This document shows positions 37,131-49,800 of a stretch of DNA of 64,000 nt, in pieces. The stretch comes from Octopus bimaculoides (taxonomy: Eukaryota). The stretch lies in contig NC_068982.1 in NCBI RefSeq assembly GCF_001194135.2, forward strand, positions 123,183,857 to 123,247,856. The letters run 5' to 3'. How positions within the stretch are numbered: the first letter of the stretch is position 1; each line of letters opens with the position of its first letter. The notes under the pieces are model-generated. The model did not search any database, was not told the origin of the DNA, and was given only the letters and a program-made list of their open reading frames with translations. The position numbers and the translations under genes are program-made.

Positions 37131-39384
37131 GAGAATATAGAAATAGGAAGTCACCAACTACACAAGTTTCTGATCAATTTACTGTCTCTCAAAAAATGCA
37201 GTCTCTCTCTTTTAACACCAAATGTAGCCTATTTTATAGTACAAAAAAATAAAATGACAAATAGTAGAAAATAAGATAAGTTTATCATAACATTGATGAG
37301 ATAATACATGTTCATGTATTTTAGAGTGACTATTATGAAATACTGGGTGCACAATTGCTGACAATGATTCCAATTAGAATTGAAACCTGTACATTCCCTC
37401 TTTTTCTGCTCTTAAACATATTGTATAAATGTATTGTTTATATTTGTTGTAACACATAGGAATGGGTTGTTTCATTAGAGGAAAGTTTTTAAAGCTTTTG
37501 TCATTCTGTTAACATGTGAGAATTTGGTATTATTCTTATACATCTGTACAGGTTTTTCCATATACAACTTTCATGTCCAGAAAGGTGTTAATTAGTTCTT
37601 TTTGACACTATATGTTTGGTACTAAAGAGTGATTTTTATGGCGGGAAAAAAAAGTAACCAGTCCTCCAACATTTCCAACCCAATGCAAGACTATATTTTC
37701 TGCTTTTTAATCTTGTCTGGTTGTTCTGGATCTTCTGCTTAAGGAAGCCATTGATGCATATATGATCCAATATTTCAAATTATTCCTAGTCTGCCTCGGT
37801 TTGAATGAATTGGGATCTTTATCAACTCATAGAAGAATACTACTACTTATGAAAACTCATGCTGTTCTTGGTTTAACATAGAGCACAGTTTTGTAGTGAA
37901 ACATATGTTGACAGATCCCCAACATGCATTGGAGAAATACAATCTTCATGATGGTTTTGCAAACTTCAAAGCCAACTCTATTTTCATCTTATACTGACAA
38001 AATGGATTACTTTAAAATATGGATGTGGCTTTCTCAGTGCAACCATTGCCAATAGTTTTACTATTGATCTCTATTGATTTGTGATTTGTGAAGCAACTTG
38101 TTGCTGTTATCTATAGACACCAGATGTTCCAATTGGCAAAAAAAGTTTTAAAAATAAATAAATAAATAAAATAAAAAATAATGATAACAAAGACTTCCAT
38201 GTTGGCTTGAAGTCAAGCAGTAAATTCCTTAGACTAGTGATACAACAACCAAATCATTCTTCAAAGAAATTCCAAGGGCTGTGTAGTGCACTTTATGAAT
38301 TGTCAGGGCTTCAAAATTAAATTGGACAATGAATCAGTACCAAAAAAGAAAAAAAAATCATCTGACAGCTCTGTAGTAAAGTACTTTTTCAGACTGTATA
38401 AACTTATAATTCTGTCTGTGTAGTCTAATTATTTTAAATCAAAAAAGTAATTTGCTAACATATTGGAGCAGATGGTAAGCATCTAATTTATGTTTACAAT
38501 GTTAAGTTTGTGAGTCACCATATAAACTCTCAATTCTAAAGATATTTATACATAACACTGTCTTAATAATAGAACACAGAACAAATGATGAGCTTTTAGA
38601 TTCAAGCATTGTTTTACTTCACCCATTTGTGTATCTAAGTATATCTCTCTGTCTCACTCTCTCTCACACATGTACATGTGGTGGTATGATAAAATCCATC
38701 CTGTCCATTCTGTAAAATGATTTGTTCTCATCCAACTGTATATGCCATAGTAAAAACAAAGGAGTAACTAGAAAGAATCAAACTGTGCCAAATTAACGAC
38801 ATGCACAGTAACTGAGATTGTTGGTTTTTCTTTGATGTTGGATGCCAGTTTCCAAAGAACTACTGTCAGTGGAGAGACATTATGGGACCCATCCAACTCA
38901 TACCAACATGAAAAGAGACAAACTTAAACTTAAAATGGTTGATGGTGATGATGGCTATAGGTAAATAATAGTTGAATCAGATTGCAGGTTGTAATAGCTA
39001 ATAACCAACACATAACATTTGAATACCTTGTAACATATTGGCAGAATTATGAACCTACTTTAGCTAACCAGCTGATAATCACCAACTAAGCCGATCAGTA
39101 TGGAGGGAAATGCAGTAATTCTTCCTCTGTCCTGACCAATGAGCAAGATACCAATATGAGAAAACAAATCGGAGAGGAATGTTTGTCTGGGGAATACATT
39201 AGCTCACTTTCTTTTCCTCAGAAATTGGTATTATGAGTCAATGGATTCAAACAACAATTTATTTTAGAGATTTGCTGATCAGAAATTCCTACCAAGTGTT
39301 CTTGTTCCAGGGAGAGTATGATTAGGTTATTATCCTGCTAAAAATAGCAGCTAAATTTCTTCAAATCTTTTTCATCCTCACTAA

Positions 39385-39702
39385 TTAACATCCACTATTC
39401 ATGTTTGTATGGGTCACATGGATTTCATATGGCCAGATGCTTTTCCTGACACCAACCCTAATTTGTTCTAAGCAAGCTAACATTTTAGCATAGCTAGATA
39501 TGTTTCTCACAGAAAACTGGAAATGAACAACCTTGCTCATATGACCAGGATGCTCATATACAACCATTACATGTTTAGACAAGGGTATATACACACATGT
39601 ATACATACACAATGGGCTTCTTTCAGTTTCCATTTACCAAAATCCACTCACAAGGCTTTGGCAAGATACTGCACAGTGGGACTGAACCAAAGACCACATG
39701 CT
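39385..39702 (-). mobile_element. tRNA-derived SINE with RTE-like tail
   Basis: gggcttctttcagtttccatttaccaaaatccactcacaaggctttgg...cagtgggactgaacc. Confidence 0.78.
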
Positions 39703-41244
39703 TAATGTTTACTAGATTTACATAAACACTGCATGTTTATGGCTAAAATACTTTTGACTATAGCTCTGCTTAATTAGGACTAAAATGAGACTAAACAGTA
39801 ACTATTTGATATAGGAAGGTCTTTCCTCTTAAGTAAAAAAGACTTTATTTTCCTGCCACCTGTCGCATTTATGTTTGTTACATTTGAAAAGAATGTAGGT
39901 AGGGTTAAGCTTACGTTGTAATCTCCATTCCTTCAACGAAATTCAAACTAGTAATAAAAGCTAAGAAATTGCTATGAAATGGAACACCCAAGTAAAGATA
40001 AATGAAATAAGGAATACAGAGAGAAAAGAAAGAAGCTATGAAAACAGTGGTCTATTGTTCATGTTCAGGTTATTTTGTAGTTGTATGAGGGTTTTATCTT
40101 TGTAGCATTGGTCGTCCCCCATTTTGCATTTACTAAAGTCTGTTGCAGGCTGTCTAGTATTGTTTGGGACAATGTAGTCACTATCATAGTGAGTGGTGGG
40201 ATCCACCTCTAATAATACTGTTTATTGTCACCATTTATCTTTTTTTTTTGTTTCTTATTCTTTTTCTCTCACTTCCTATTTGTTCTCTACTTTCATTTGT
40301 TTATCCCCCACATATTAAGGCTAAACTAGATGAACATCTTTTTTTTTTTTTGTTAGTTTCCCTCCTATTCTTTGTAATATTTAAATTTGAGAAAGATAAT
40401 TGTACTTTTCTTTGTGGAGTCATTTTCTTTTTATGGAAATAATTATTAGTACTATTTGAGGCTTGTTAATATTATTTCTTATAAAAGAAACATGAACACT
40501 CATTTCTCTGTGTACATGCCTGCAAATATACTCACATATGTACACAACTACCCAGTTGATGAAAGAGCCTTGTTTCTGGGATAGAAATTGTTTCTGCATT
40601 GGTGAGAAATTTGTTAAATAAAACCAGAATGTAATCACGCACACATTGTTAGATACATACATGCACACATACATAGATATCTACATATACATTTGTATAT
40701 ATTTGTGCATACAGCTATTGATTTCTGTGGAAAGTTCATAAGACATGACAATCATCATGTTTACATAGCAAAAGAAGTGAAGTTATTTTGGTTATTTTTG
40801 ATATGAACTTATGTCTGGACACAAATTAAACAAATACTTAACATAGTACAGAGGATGTTTTGTTACTTGTAGCCAAATTCTGACATCAAATGATGCAATT
40901 TTTAACTAGGCATTGTGTTTCTTTATTATTTGTTGATTAAGAAGACATACTATTGATAACTTCTGTCATTTAATATCATCACAACACAAGAAGCATTGTA
41001 TATTGATGCTAAGTAATAGATCTTGCATCAGTTTAGGCATTGGAATTTATTACGAGCAGCGCAATGTTTTCATGTGAAGCATTCAATTTGTATTAAGAGA
41101 CAATAACTTAACACAGTGCCTTACTACTTATTCCCTTGCAAGTTCTTGACACTATCTTTCTTTCTGAGAGTCATTGGATGATTTTTATTTCTTTTCATTT
41201 ATTGAAACATTGTTATTGTACAACTAAAGTAATCCTATTGCATC

Positions 41245-41405
41245 CTGACTGAATGGTTAAGAAGTTTGCTTTACAGCTATGAGGTCCCAGGCTTGAACCC
41301 ATCGCATTGGATCTTGGACAAATGTAATTTTCTGTAGCCTAAGGCTAGGCTGACTCATACTCTGTGAATGAAAATGGTTTACTGGAAACTGTTTAGCAAT
41401 CCATT
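41245..41405 (+). mobile_element. Degenerate SINE head
   Basis: ggttaagaagtttgcttta...ttggacaaatg...ctgtagcct...ggaaactg. Confidence 0.55.
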
Positions 41406-41502
41406 AGTTGGTTTGTACCTGTAAGTCAAAGGGTTACACAGTGTCAGGTTGTCTGAGAATTACATTAAGCATAAACATGCTTGGAATACTCAGCAACTTA
41501 CA

Positions 41503-41537
<35 letters not shown>

Positions 41538-41693
41538 TCTTTGTATTTTTAGTCTAAGTTACATATTGCCAATTGAATAAATAATTTGTGTGAACTACAT
41601 GAAACTGTTAGGGTTCTAGAAGTTTGTAATAAAATATACACACTCTACTTTGTGTAGAATATTCCTTCCATATGTAAACACAAATATTCACCA

Positions 41694-41725
<32 letters not shown>

Positions 41726-42234
41726 TTACAATATCTCTTATTATAGTTAGCAATTTGCTGTTTGTGCATGATCTTTTTTAAAAAACAAAGTGGTTAAATC
41801 ACACTGCATTGCCAGACCTCTCCCCAACTGCCCATTTTACCAATCACTTCTCTCTTTAAGCAAACCATGCCCCTTCTCATACCAACAACCTCTCTCTTTT
41901 GGTCCTTTTCCACACCTTACACCTCACTCCCTACAAGTCAAATAATGTTGGGAGAGTGAGAGGGAATGTGTGTGTGTGTGTGTGAAAAAGAAGTTGATTG
42001 ATGGAAACAAAAGAAGAGTGAAAGACAGAGGAGAGAAAATAACATAGATTAAATGTTTTAGCTAAGGGAGTGAAATAATGAAATAAAAAGTTTGTTGTTT
42101 GTACATTATAAATGTGCATGTGTGCACAAATACATATGTTAGTACTTTATACAGTATTTGTCTTCACACCAATGCAGATAAATAGTTGAATGCTTTTACT
42201 TTATGACAATTAGAGTGCCTATTAATGAGAGGTC

Positions 42235-42370
42235 AGCCTTGTTGATTTCTAAGCAAAAAACAGCCAATTATATTGACCCCCAAACTTGACTGGTACTTAT
42301 TTGATCAACACCCCACTAATCCAGAAGAAAGAAAAGCAATGTTGAATTTGGCAGGACTTGAATTCTAAGG
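42235..42370 (-). mobile_element. Degenerate MetaSINE-like SINE
   Basis: gactggtacttatttgatc...gaaagaaaagcaatgttgaatttggcaggacttgaattc; reverse of the 23338 family. Confidence 0.5.
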
Positions 42371-42425
42371 GCCATAGCAACTAATCTACCACCATTGTGT
42401 ACTTTTGTACCAAATACATATCATG

Positions 42426-42427
<2 letters not shown>

Positions 42428-42484
<57 letters not shown>

Positions 42485-42533
42485 ACACACACCACACACA
42501 CACCACACACACACACCACACACACACACACAC
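42428..42533. repeat. (CA)n microsatellite with CAC interruptions
   Basis: Direct observation. Confidence 0.95.
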
Positions 42534-42639
42534 TCTGAAAATTGGTCATATCAATCTTGAAGTACTGACATGGATCATGGATATACTACCTTTAATTCTT
42601 TGATATAATTGGAAAAATATGTATAGACCAATGCTTCGT

Positions 42640-42985
42640 TCTTTAGACAAATGTTTTCTGTGACCTTGGGTCACTTAATGCCCTGTGAGTAGAATGGATT
42701 TGGTAGATGGAAATGAAAAGAAGCCTGTTATGTGTACATTTTTGTGTTACTAACTTGTTGCTTTGACATTTTGTGATATTTGTAAACACATCACTGTCAT
42801 TGCAAGTGGTGTCCTTCATTTCCAACCTTCCATGAAAACATGTCAGGTTATGGGGAAATATCACCTTATTTGGAAACAGGTGCAGGTCGGTGTCTACGAG
42901 GGTATTCAATCATAGAAAATCTACCTCAAATTCCATGTGACCTATATGGGCATAGAAAAATGGACATTCAAACAATGATGATGAT
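42640..42985 (+). mobile_element. tRNA-derived SINE (head truncated) with (GAT)n tail
   Basis: ggatttggtagatggaaatgaaaagaagcc...ggggaaatatcaccttatttggaaac...aatggacattcaaacaatgatgatga. Confidence 0.72.
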
Positions 42986-42988
42986 ACA

Positions 42989-44186
42989 CAGGGGTTGGAC
43001 AAAATAATGGAAACACCTTTAAATTTCAAACAAATTTATTTTAATATTGGGTAGGACCACCTTTGGCAGTAATTACAACTTTAATTCTACAAGGTATGGA
43101 CTCGTACTCCTCGAAACAAAGGAATTTTTGTCTGTTCTTCAGCTAAAACAATCTCCAGTTCTTGTAGTGATGATGGAGGATATCGACTCCTTACTTGTTT
43201 TCTTAAAATGCACCATAAATGTTCAATGATATTGAGATCTGGGGACTGTGGTCACCAGATAAGATGTTCAACTTCACTAGAATGTGCCATTCAGTAACAA
43301 CTTTAGCTGTGTGAAGTGGTGCATTATCATCCTGAAAGATTGGGGTTCCCTCTGGAAACAGTTCTGCAACCATAGGATGAATTTGATCAGATAAAATGCT
43401 TAAATAGTTTTGACTATTAATTCTGCTATGAAGGGAAACCGTTGAGCTAACGGATTTCCANNNNNNNNNNNNNNNNNNNNNNNNNNNNNNNNNNNNNNNN
43501 NNNNNNNNNNNNNNNNNNNNNNNNNNNNNNNNNNNNNNNNNNNNNNNNNNNNNNNNNNNNNNNNNNNNNNNNNNNNNNNNNNNNNNNNNNNNNNNNNNNN
43601 NNNNNNNNNNNNNNNNNNNNNNNNNNNNNNNNNNNNNNNNNNNNNNNNNNNNNNNNNNNNNNNNNNNNNNNNNNNNNNNNNNNNNNNNNNNNNNNNNNNN
43701 NNNNNNNNNNNNNNNNNNNNNNNNNNNNNNNNNNNNNNNNNNNNNNNNNNNNNNNNNNNNTTGGAAGCTGTACTTTTGTGATCCTTTCTAACAATTCGCG
43801 TAAGAGTCCAACGGTCCCTATCTGAAGTTTCGGTTTTCTTCTGGAGTTTTGTTTCAACGAGGAGGATTTTCTCTCATTCTCAAAGGCTGTCATTGCTTCT
43901 TGATACACCAAACATTTCAGCTATTTTCATTGTTCTCGTGCCTGCCATATGCACACCAACAATTTGGCCTCTTTGAAAGACAGATAGATCTGTCATTTTA
44001 ATGAATTTTAATTGCCGTTTTCTGATGATATCTAAAAAGAAACAGCAATTTTAGCAAAACATATTAAGCAATACTAATAATAAATAAAAAAACATAAAAA
44101 TAAACAAGCTTTTGATGGTTTGATAGATATTTCAAAATTATGATGCTATGATGCTAGGTGTTTCCCATTATTTTGTCCAACCTCTG
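42989..44186 (-). mobile_element. Tc1-family transposon, both TIRs present, transposase disrupted and interrupted by an assembly gap
   Basis: TIRs CAGGGGTTGGACAAAATAATGGAAACACCT and AGGTGTTTCCCATTATTTTGTCCAACCTCTG|TA. Minus-strand N-terminus MTDLSVFQRGQIVG (ATG at 43996); C-terminus IFQDDNAPLH...W*PQSPDLNIIEHLW...KGGPTQY* (stop 43041-43043). Confidence 0.93.
43461..43760. other. Assembly gap
   Basis: 300 N. Confidence 0.99.
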
Positions 44187-44215
44187 TATATATTTCGCTT
44201 GGGCATTGCAAGACT

Positions 44216-44324
<109 letters not shown>

Positions 44325-44585
44325 TGTATTTTTATTTTGCAACTTCAAAAGATTAATGTTTCAGTATTTCTTAAATAACCCGTATTATTTTGTTGTTTGT
44401 CAGAAGAATTTAAATAATTTTACATAATCATGTATATATTGATACACAATACAACTAAGTATTCAATAATATGAATAAATTCACAGATAAAAGGGCAGAT
44501 ATTTAGAGCAAATTGTAATTCACAAACGGTTGCATATCATCATCATTGTATGTGACTATGTGTCTCTATTTACCTAATGTAAGAA

Positions 44586-44975
44586 TTGTTGTTGGCATCC
44601 TTTTGTCTCGGCAGATAATGGAGTTGCACATAAACTAATCCAGTCTGGTTTTTACATTTCATGTCCTCCCCAGTTTTGCATAGGCCTGGGCTAGATGTAA
44701 GAAAATCCTGGGTAGCCCAATCGTCAGGATTCTTCTCTCGACCTTGCTTACATAGTCCAAAGGAGTACAGAGCATTATGTTTGGCACCAGCTTGGTTGCA
44801 AGAGCTACCGGAAGAGTGTTGAGTTGAACACTAAACCGCCTATGTGGCTCCACTCTGGACTTCTTTGAAGGTTGTCTCCTTTCCGTAACCCTGGATAGGG
44901 GCCCATGCCAAGCACTGTCAGCTGGAGCCAGCTGAGCCTGGGACTCGTGTCAGGCAGGGTCGTCACTCTCTTAAG
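44586..44975 (-). mobile_element. Short RTE (BovB-like) derivative: UTR-like segment joined to the ORF terminus
   Basis: Minus strand ends CNSIICRDKRMPTT plus (CAA)n, resembling RTE SIVSRDRRMPT termini; upstream part is GC-rich and lacks RT motifs. Confidence 0.55.
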
Positions 44976-45049
44976 TAGTGAAGAAAATTGCTACCCAGTA
45001 CCTCATGTAAGAATTGCACTATATATAATATGTTGAAATATTTATTGAA

Positions 45050-45795
45050 CATTGGGCCTCACAGAGGCAATGACAGGAAACCAAGACCTTTGGAGATGTG
45101 TTGTGATAGAGAAGACCCGGCAACTAAAGTGAGATCGCAGCTATGGCCGATACAAGTGTTGCATGTCCGGCCCATTTAAAAGTACCCTTGATGCGTCGGG
45201 CAGTATGATATGCTTAGGAAGACCTGTTGAGTCGACCAAAATCATAGCTGAGCGGGTGACACGTAAAAGCACCCACTACACTCTCTGAGTGGTTGGCGTT
45301 AGGAAGGGCATCCAGCTGTAGAAACTCTGCCAAATCAGACTGGAGCCTGGTGTTGCCATCCGGTTTCACCAGTCCTCAGTCAAATCGTCCAACCCATGCT
45401 AGCATGGAAAGCGGACGTTAAACGATGATGATGATGATGATGATGATGCCAGTGCCCCCTGACTGTCCCCCATTCCAGTGGCACGTAAAATGCATCATCC
45501 AAATGTGATCGATGCCAGTGCCCTCTGACTGGCTCCTGTGCTGGTGTCATGTAAAAAGCACCATCTGAATGTGGTTAATGTCAGGTCCGCTTGACTGGCT
45601 CCTGTGCTGGTGGCTTGTAAAAAGTATCCACTACACTCTCAGAGTGGTTGGCATTAGGAAAGGCATCCAGCTGTAGGAACATTGCCAGATTAGATTGGAG
45701 CCTGGTGCAACCGCTGGCTTTCCAGACCTCAGTCAAACCATTCAACCCATGCCAGCATGGAAAACAGATGTTAAACGATGATGATGATGATGATT
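45050..45795 (+). mobile_element. Two tandem RTE-type 3' ends; the second begins directly after the (GAT)n tail of the first
   Basis: Tails at 45424-45447 and 45777-45795; the second contains about three ~58-bp subrepeats (gccagtgccc.ctgactg...gtaaaa.gca). Confidence 0.85.
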
Positions 45796-45982
45796 GTGAT
45801 GAATATATAATGTACAAGCATTATCTGATAAAGAACTAAATACCTGTGTTGAGTGGAAAGATATGCTTAGTATATCAAAGAATGACAGGCTGTTGTAGTT
45901 TCTTTGGGCAGCTATTAGCAATCTGTTTCCATGTGAAACTCAAGTAGACTTCCTTTTTCTTTTTTTTATATATATAATAAAT

Positions 45983-46024
<42 letters not shown>

Positions 46025-46100
46025 TAGGTGCATACATGTACATTTGTATAGATTTTTCATTTGTTCATTTTACATCTGTTTCTCCATGCATGTATGTATG

Positions 46101-46134
<34 letters not shown>

Positions 46135-46274
46135 CATACATATATATGTGTGTGTGTCTACATATATTTATGTACATATATATGCATGTAAATGTGTGCA
46201 TATATGAATGTATATGCATGCATGTGTGTGTGTATATATATATGCATGTGTATGTACATACATACACACAAGCA

Positions 46275-46445
46275 TAGCTGTGTGGTTGAAATGTTCACTT
46301 CCCAACACAGTTTTGGGTTCAGTCTCACTGCATCACACCTCAGGCAGGTGTCTTCTGCTATAGATTTGGGCTGGCCAAAGCCTTGTGAGTGGAGTGAATT
46401 TAGTAGATGGAAACTGAAAGAAGCCTGTCCTATATGTCTATAGGT
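46275..46445 (+). mobile_element. SINE head
   Basis: gctgtgtggttgaaatgttcacttcccaac...gggttcagtctcactgc...ggaaactgaaagaagcc. Confidence 0.72.
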
Positions 46446-46593
46446 GTGTTTGTTTACTTTTGATCCTGTCTTATGATCAGCGATATGTCATTTCTTCTGT
46501 CAACAAGTTGTTCACCTTGTGCTTTTGAAGCTGTCTGAAGTAAGAGATCATTTATTTGAAAAGCAGATAAGAGACCCTTATTTGAAAAGTAGA

Positions 46594-46850
46594 TAACCAC
46601 TATGCCATATGCTCGTGGGCATATGGCATGGTGGTTAAGGGCATGGGCTACTAACCTCAAGATTCCGAGTTCAATTCCAGGCAGTGACCTGAATAATAAT
46701 AATATCAAAAAATACTTTAGGAATAAGAACCCAGGTTCGCGATTTCCTCAAAACACCTGATGAAGGCTGGAGAGTATATCGGCCGAAACATTGTGTTAAC
46801 AACAAACAAGATGAGGACAAATATCCATCAATTGTAAATAATGTAAATAA
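46594..46850 (+). mobile_element. Second copy of the tRNA-head/hammerhead element; left arm truncated to ~20 bp
   Basis: taaccactatgccatatgc tcgtgg gcatatggcatggtggtta..., then the same body as 5110-5342. Confidence 0.88.
46752..46797 (+). ncRNA. Minimal type I hammerhead ribozyme motif (Penelope type), one stem III mutation
   Basis: AACAC-CTGATGA-A-GGCTGG agagtata TCGGCC-GAAAC-ATT-GTGTT: stem I AACAC/GTGTT, intact core, 6-bp stem II. Stem III reads AACATT instead of palindromic AACGTT. Confidence 0.7.
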
Positions 46851-49800
46851 GAGTTAGTGACAAAAATAGCATCCTGTTGTAAGAAAATGTCTCAATAACA
46901 TATTTGTCTAACTTATGCAAACATGGGAAAATGGATGTAAATGTAAATGTGTCAAATATTAATATTTACAATATATGCAAATTTTAATCTGATAGAAAAT
47001 ATTGAATAGAAATTTAGAATATTTACTCTTATGTATTTAGTCAATAGTTTAGTATATCTGTAATGTAGAAACTTGCAAACAAGCTGATGTAACTAAACAA
47101 ATGTTCAATCTGATATAACCTTAAATAATTTTTTCTTTGAAAGAGTAGATCAAATATGTTTTTATCAGGTTGTCAATAGCTGCTGGTTTTGTAAATCTCA
47201 AAATGAAATTCACTAACAAAATAAAAATGAGCTGTGTACCATAAGAATTTTTATAATTTTTAGAAATTTTAATGTGAGTGAATTAGTCCATTTATGTATA
47301 ATTTGAAATATTTGAAGATATAGTCGGGGGAAATATATATGTAGGAGCTATAAGTGAGTATTGAAGACTTTTGGAGAGTTGGATTATTTTATTGTTGAAT
47401 GTTGGAGTTTAGAAAAGATGTGACACATTGTGGAGCAAGAAAGTGGTGATTGGAATGCTTTTTAATAGAATTGGAATCAAATCAGCATGTTCAGAATATG
47501 AACAATTGTAGAAAGGCTACAAAAGGTATAGAGAAAACAACTTGATAAAAGGTTAGAAGTAACTGGAGAAAGGTGGTGGTACAAACTCATTCAGTTTTTG
47601 ATAACATGGATTTAAACTGGAGAAGGAAAAATATACTTTTTTTTATCATATTGCTTATTTTAAAATTCTGTTCATTTGAATTCATTCTTTCATCATGTAA
47701 CATGTCAAAAACCATCCATATAACATTGGTTTTGAAGTAATATTAGCAAATTTAGATTTATTTCAATTATAGAAAGAATGTGTTCTAATGTTCTTGAAGT
47801 GGCTAGTATTCTTGCTGAACAACCTCATTTTTCTATGAATAATATCTGTGAATGCATTGGATTTGATATTCATTGAAACTCTGTTAGGACAGTTAAGGAC
47901 ATATTCATTTTTTTATATGGTTAGTTCTGTCTATAACTTTCTACAAGTATAACTTACTTAAAGTTTAATATTGACATCAAGTTTTTAAATAAAATATTTC
48001 AGCAAATTTGTTGTTGATGAAGCAAAAGCTACCATCATCTGCTCTTTCTCTTAGGCAATGCATTGTCCAATGTGCACTTCTGTTTTAAGACCGGCAAAAT
48101 TTGAGGTCTGTTTTGCTGGTGTCTCTAGTTGTTTGTGAAATTATGCTGAGGCATTTTTGTTGCGTCAGGAAATTGTTTATTTTCTGATGTATCAAATCAG
48201 TTACTGCTTGCAACATGAGGGAAAATAAATAACCCAGTGGTTTAATATCTAATTGTATTTGATGGAGTATCGGGTGTAGCTAGTGCAGTTTAAAATGCTG
48301 GAAGTTAGAAGTTGGTAGACAACAATAGAAGATAAAAACCATCAGATTTAAACTGTTAGTTCTTTTCATATTAATCACACTGAATATGAAGGTATGACCC
48401 TTCTTAAATTAAAACTTACTTATTTCTAGTAATCTGATAATTATCAAGTTAAAAAAAGAGAGATTATTTTGTCTATATGAAATACTAGTCAATTTACTAA
48501 ATCCTATCAAATCTTTATTTTGAAAATTTAACTGAAACCTATGAGAAATAGGGTTAAATTAAAAAGCTTCATATATTAATTAAAATTTGTAATTTTTTGG
48601 TACTTATGAGTTTTGTCTCTTCAAATTAGGTGAAAATTGAATGTGAATTTATACTTTACAGAGCTCAATGATTGTTAGGCTTGATGTGCTGTTATCCTCT
48701 TAATGATTCCTTTTAAAGGAAGGTGAAAGAATGGTGCAACAATTATATTCTTTTCATGTAAAATGCTTCCAGCTAGGAATCAACTGGATTGTAGTTGAAT
48801 GGAACCTTAATTCTACTCCATTGTATTTGCCGCATAAAAATATACATACAAAGGTAGATGCAGAAAGATTTATTGAAATGGGTTTGTTACATTTCAGGTT
48901 AACATTTTTAAAAATTAGCTTCTCTGCTTTTCTTTTGTCTTGACCTTACAATGAATGGTTTTTCATTTGTTCAAATTGTTGTAGGTTCCCATATTATATT
49001 TAAAAAGGAAAAAAAAAAAAAACCTGAGAGCTATTACTGTTCTAGTTTTTCTCTTTTTAGCTATTTACATGTTACTTGTTAAAAATTTCACCTGAGATGT
49101 TTGTTTCTCTTTAGCAAAGTAGAAATATGAACCATTTCCTTGTTTTCATACATGAAATATCCTGCAGCTAAGAGCTTCCTGTGCTTTTGAATGGAATTTT
49201 AACTCTTATATTTTAAACCTCAGCCTCTAGTAATTCAAATTGGTCTTCATTTTTATTGTATATTTTGTATTTGTCTTTTCCTATGTATCAGTTTAGCATT
49301 TATTTTACTCTTTAGGTTCCAAGGTTCTAATTTTCAGTTAAATATCTTTGCTTTGCTGAACTTTACATATTCAAATTCAAAATTATTGATTTCTTTTGTA
49401 GCCAAATAACCAATTTTTGTAGTTTGAAGATATAGTTTATTGAATTGATCTTTGTATACTTTTGATACTTGTTTTGTTGAAAAAAGTTAATTTCAGCTTC
49501 ATATTAATTACTTCTGTGCATCTAGTTTGGTGCTTTTAAGAACTTTCATGTGTTATGTAAGCTTTTCTGCCTCCCGGCTTCAGCTAATAAAGAATAGTTA
49601 AATTTGTTAAGCTTTGATACAGTTGCAACTGAAATGTGACTAATTATCCTACAAATACTTACCTGTATGTGATTTTGTTTTTTTTAAATGTTGTCATCTG
49701 TCATCACATGACATTTGATTGAAGAAAATTTGTTTGAACCCATGAGATTCCATGATAGTTAAATATTTATTCTGCTGAAGTTCTACTATTTACAACCAGC

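Noticed and set aside
37551-37583. 33-nt candidate micro-exon ending ...SRK
   Set aside because: Weak donor (gtgtta), poor polypyrimidine tract, no homology support.
48719-48853. AG...GT-bounded segment with FSCKM in one frame (candidate EEIG exon 2)
   Set aside because: In-frame stops, wrong length and phase, and no RVSVRK ending.
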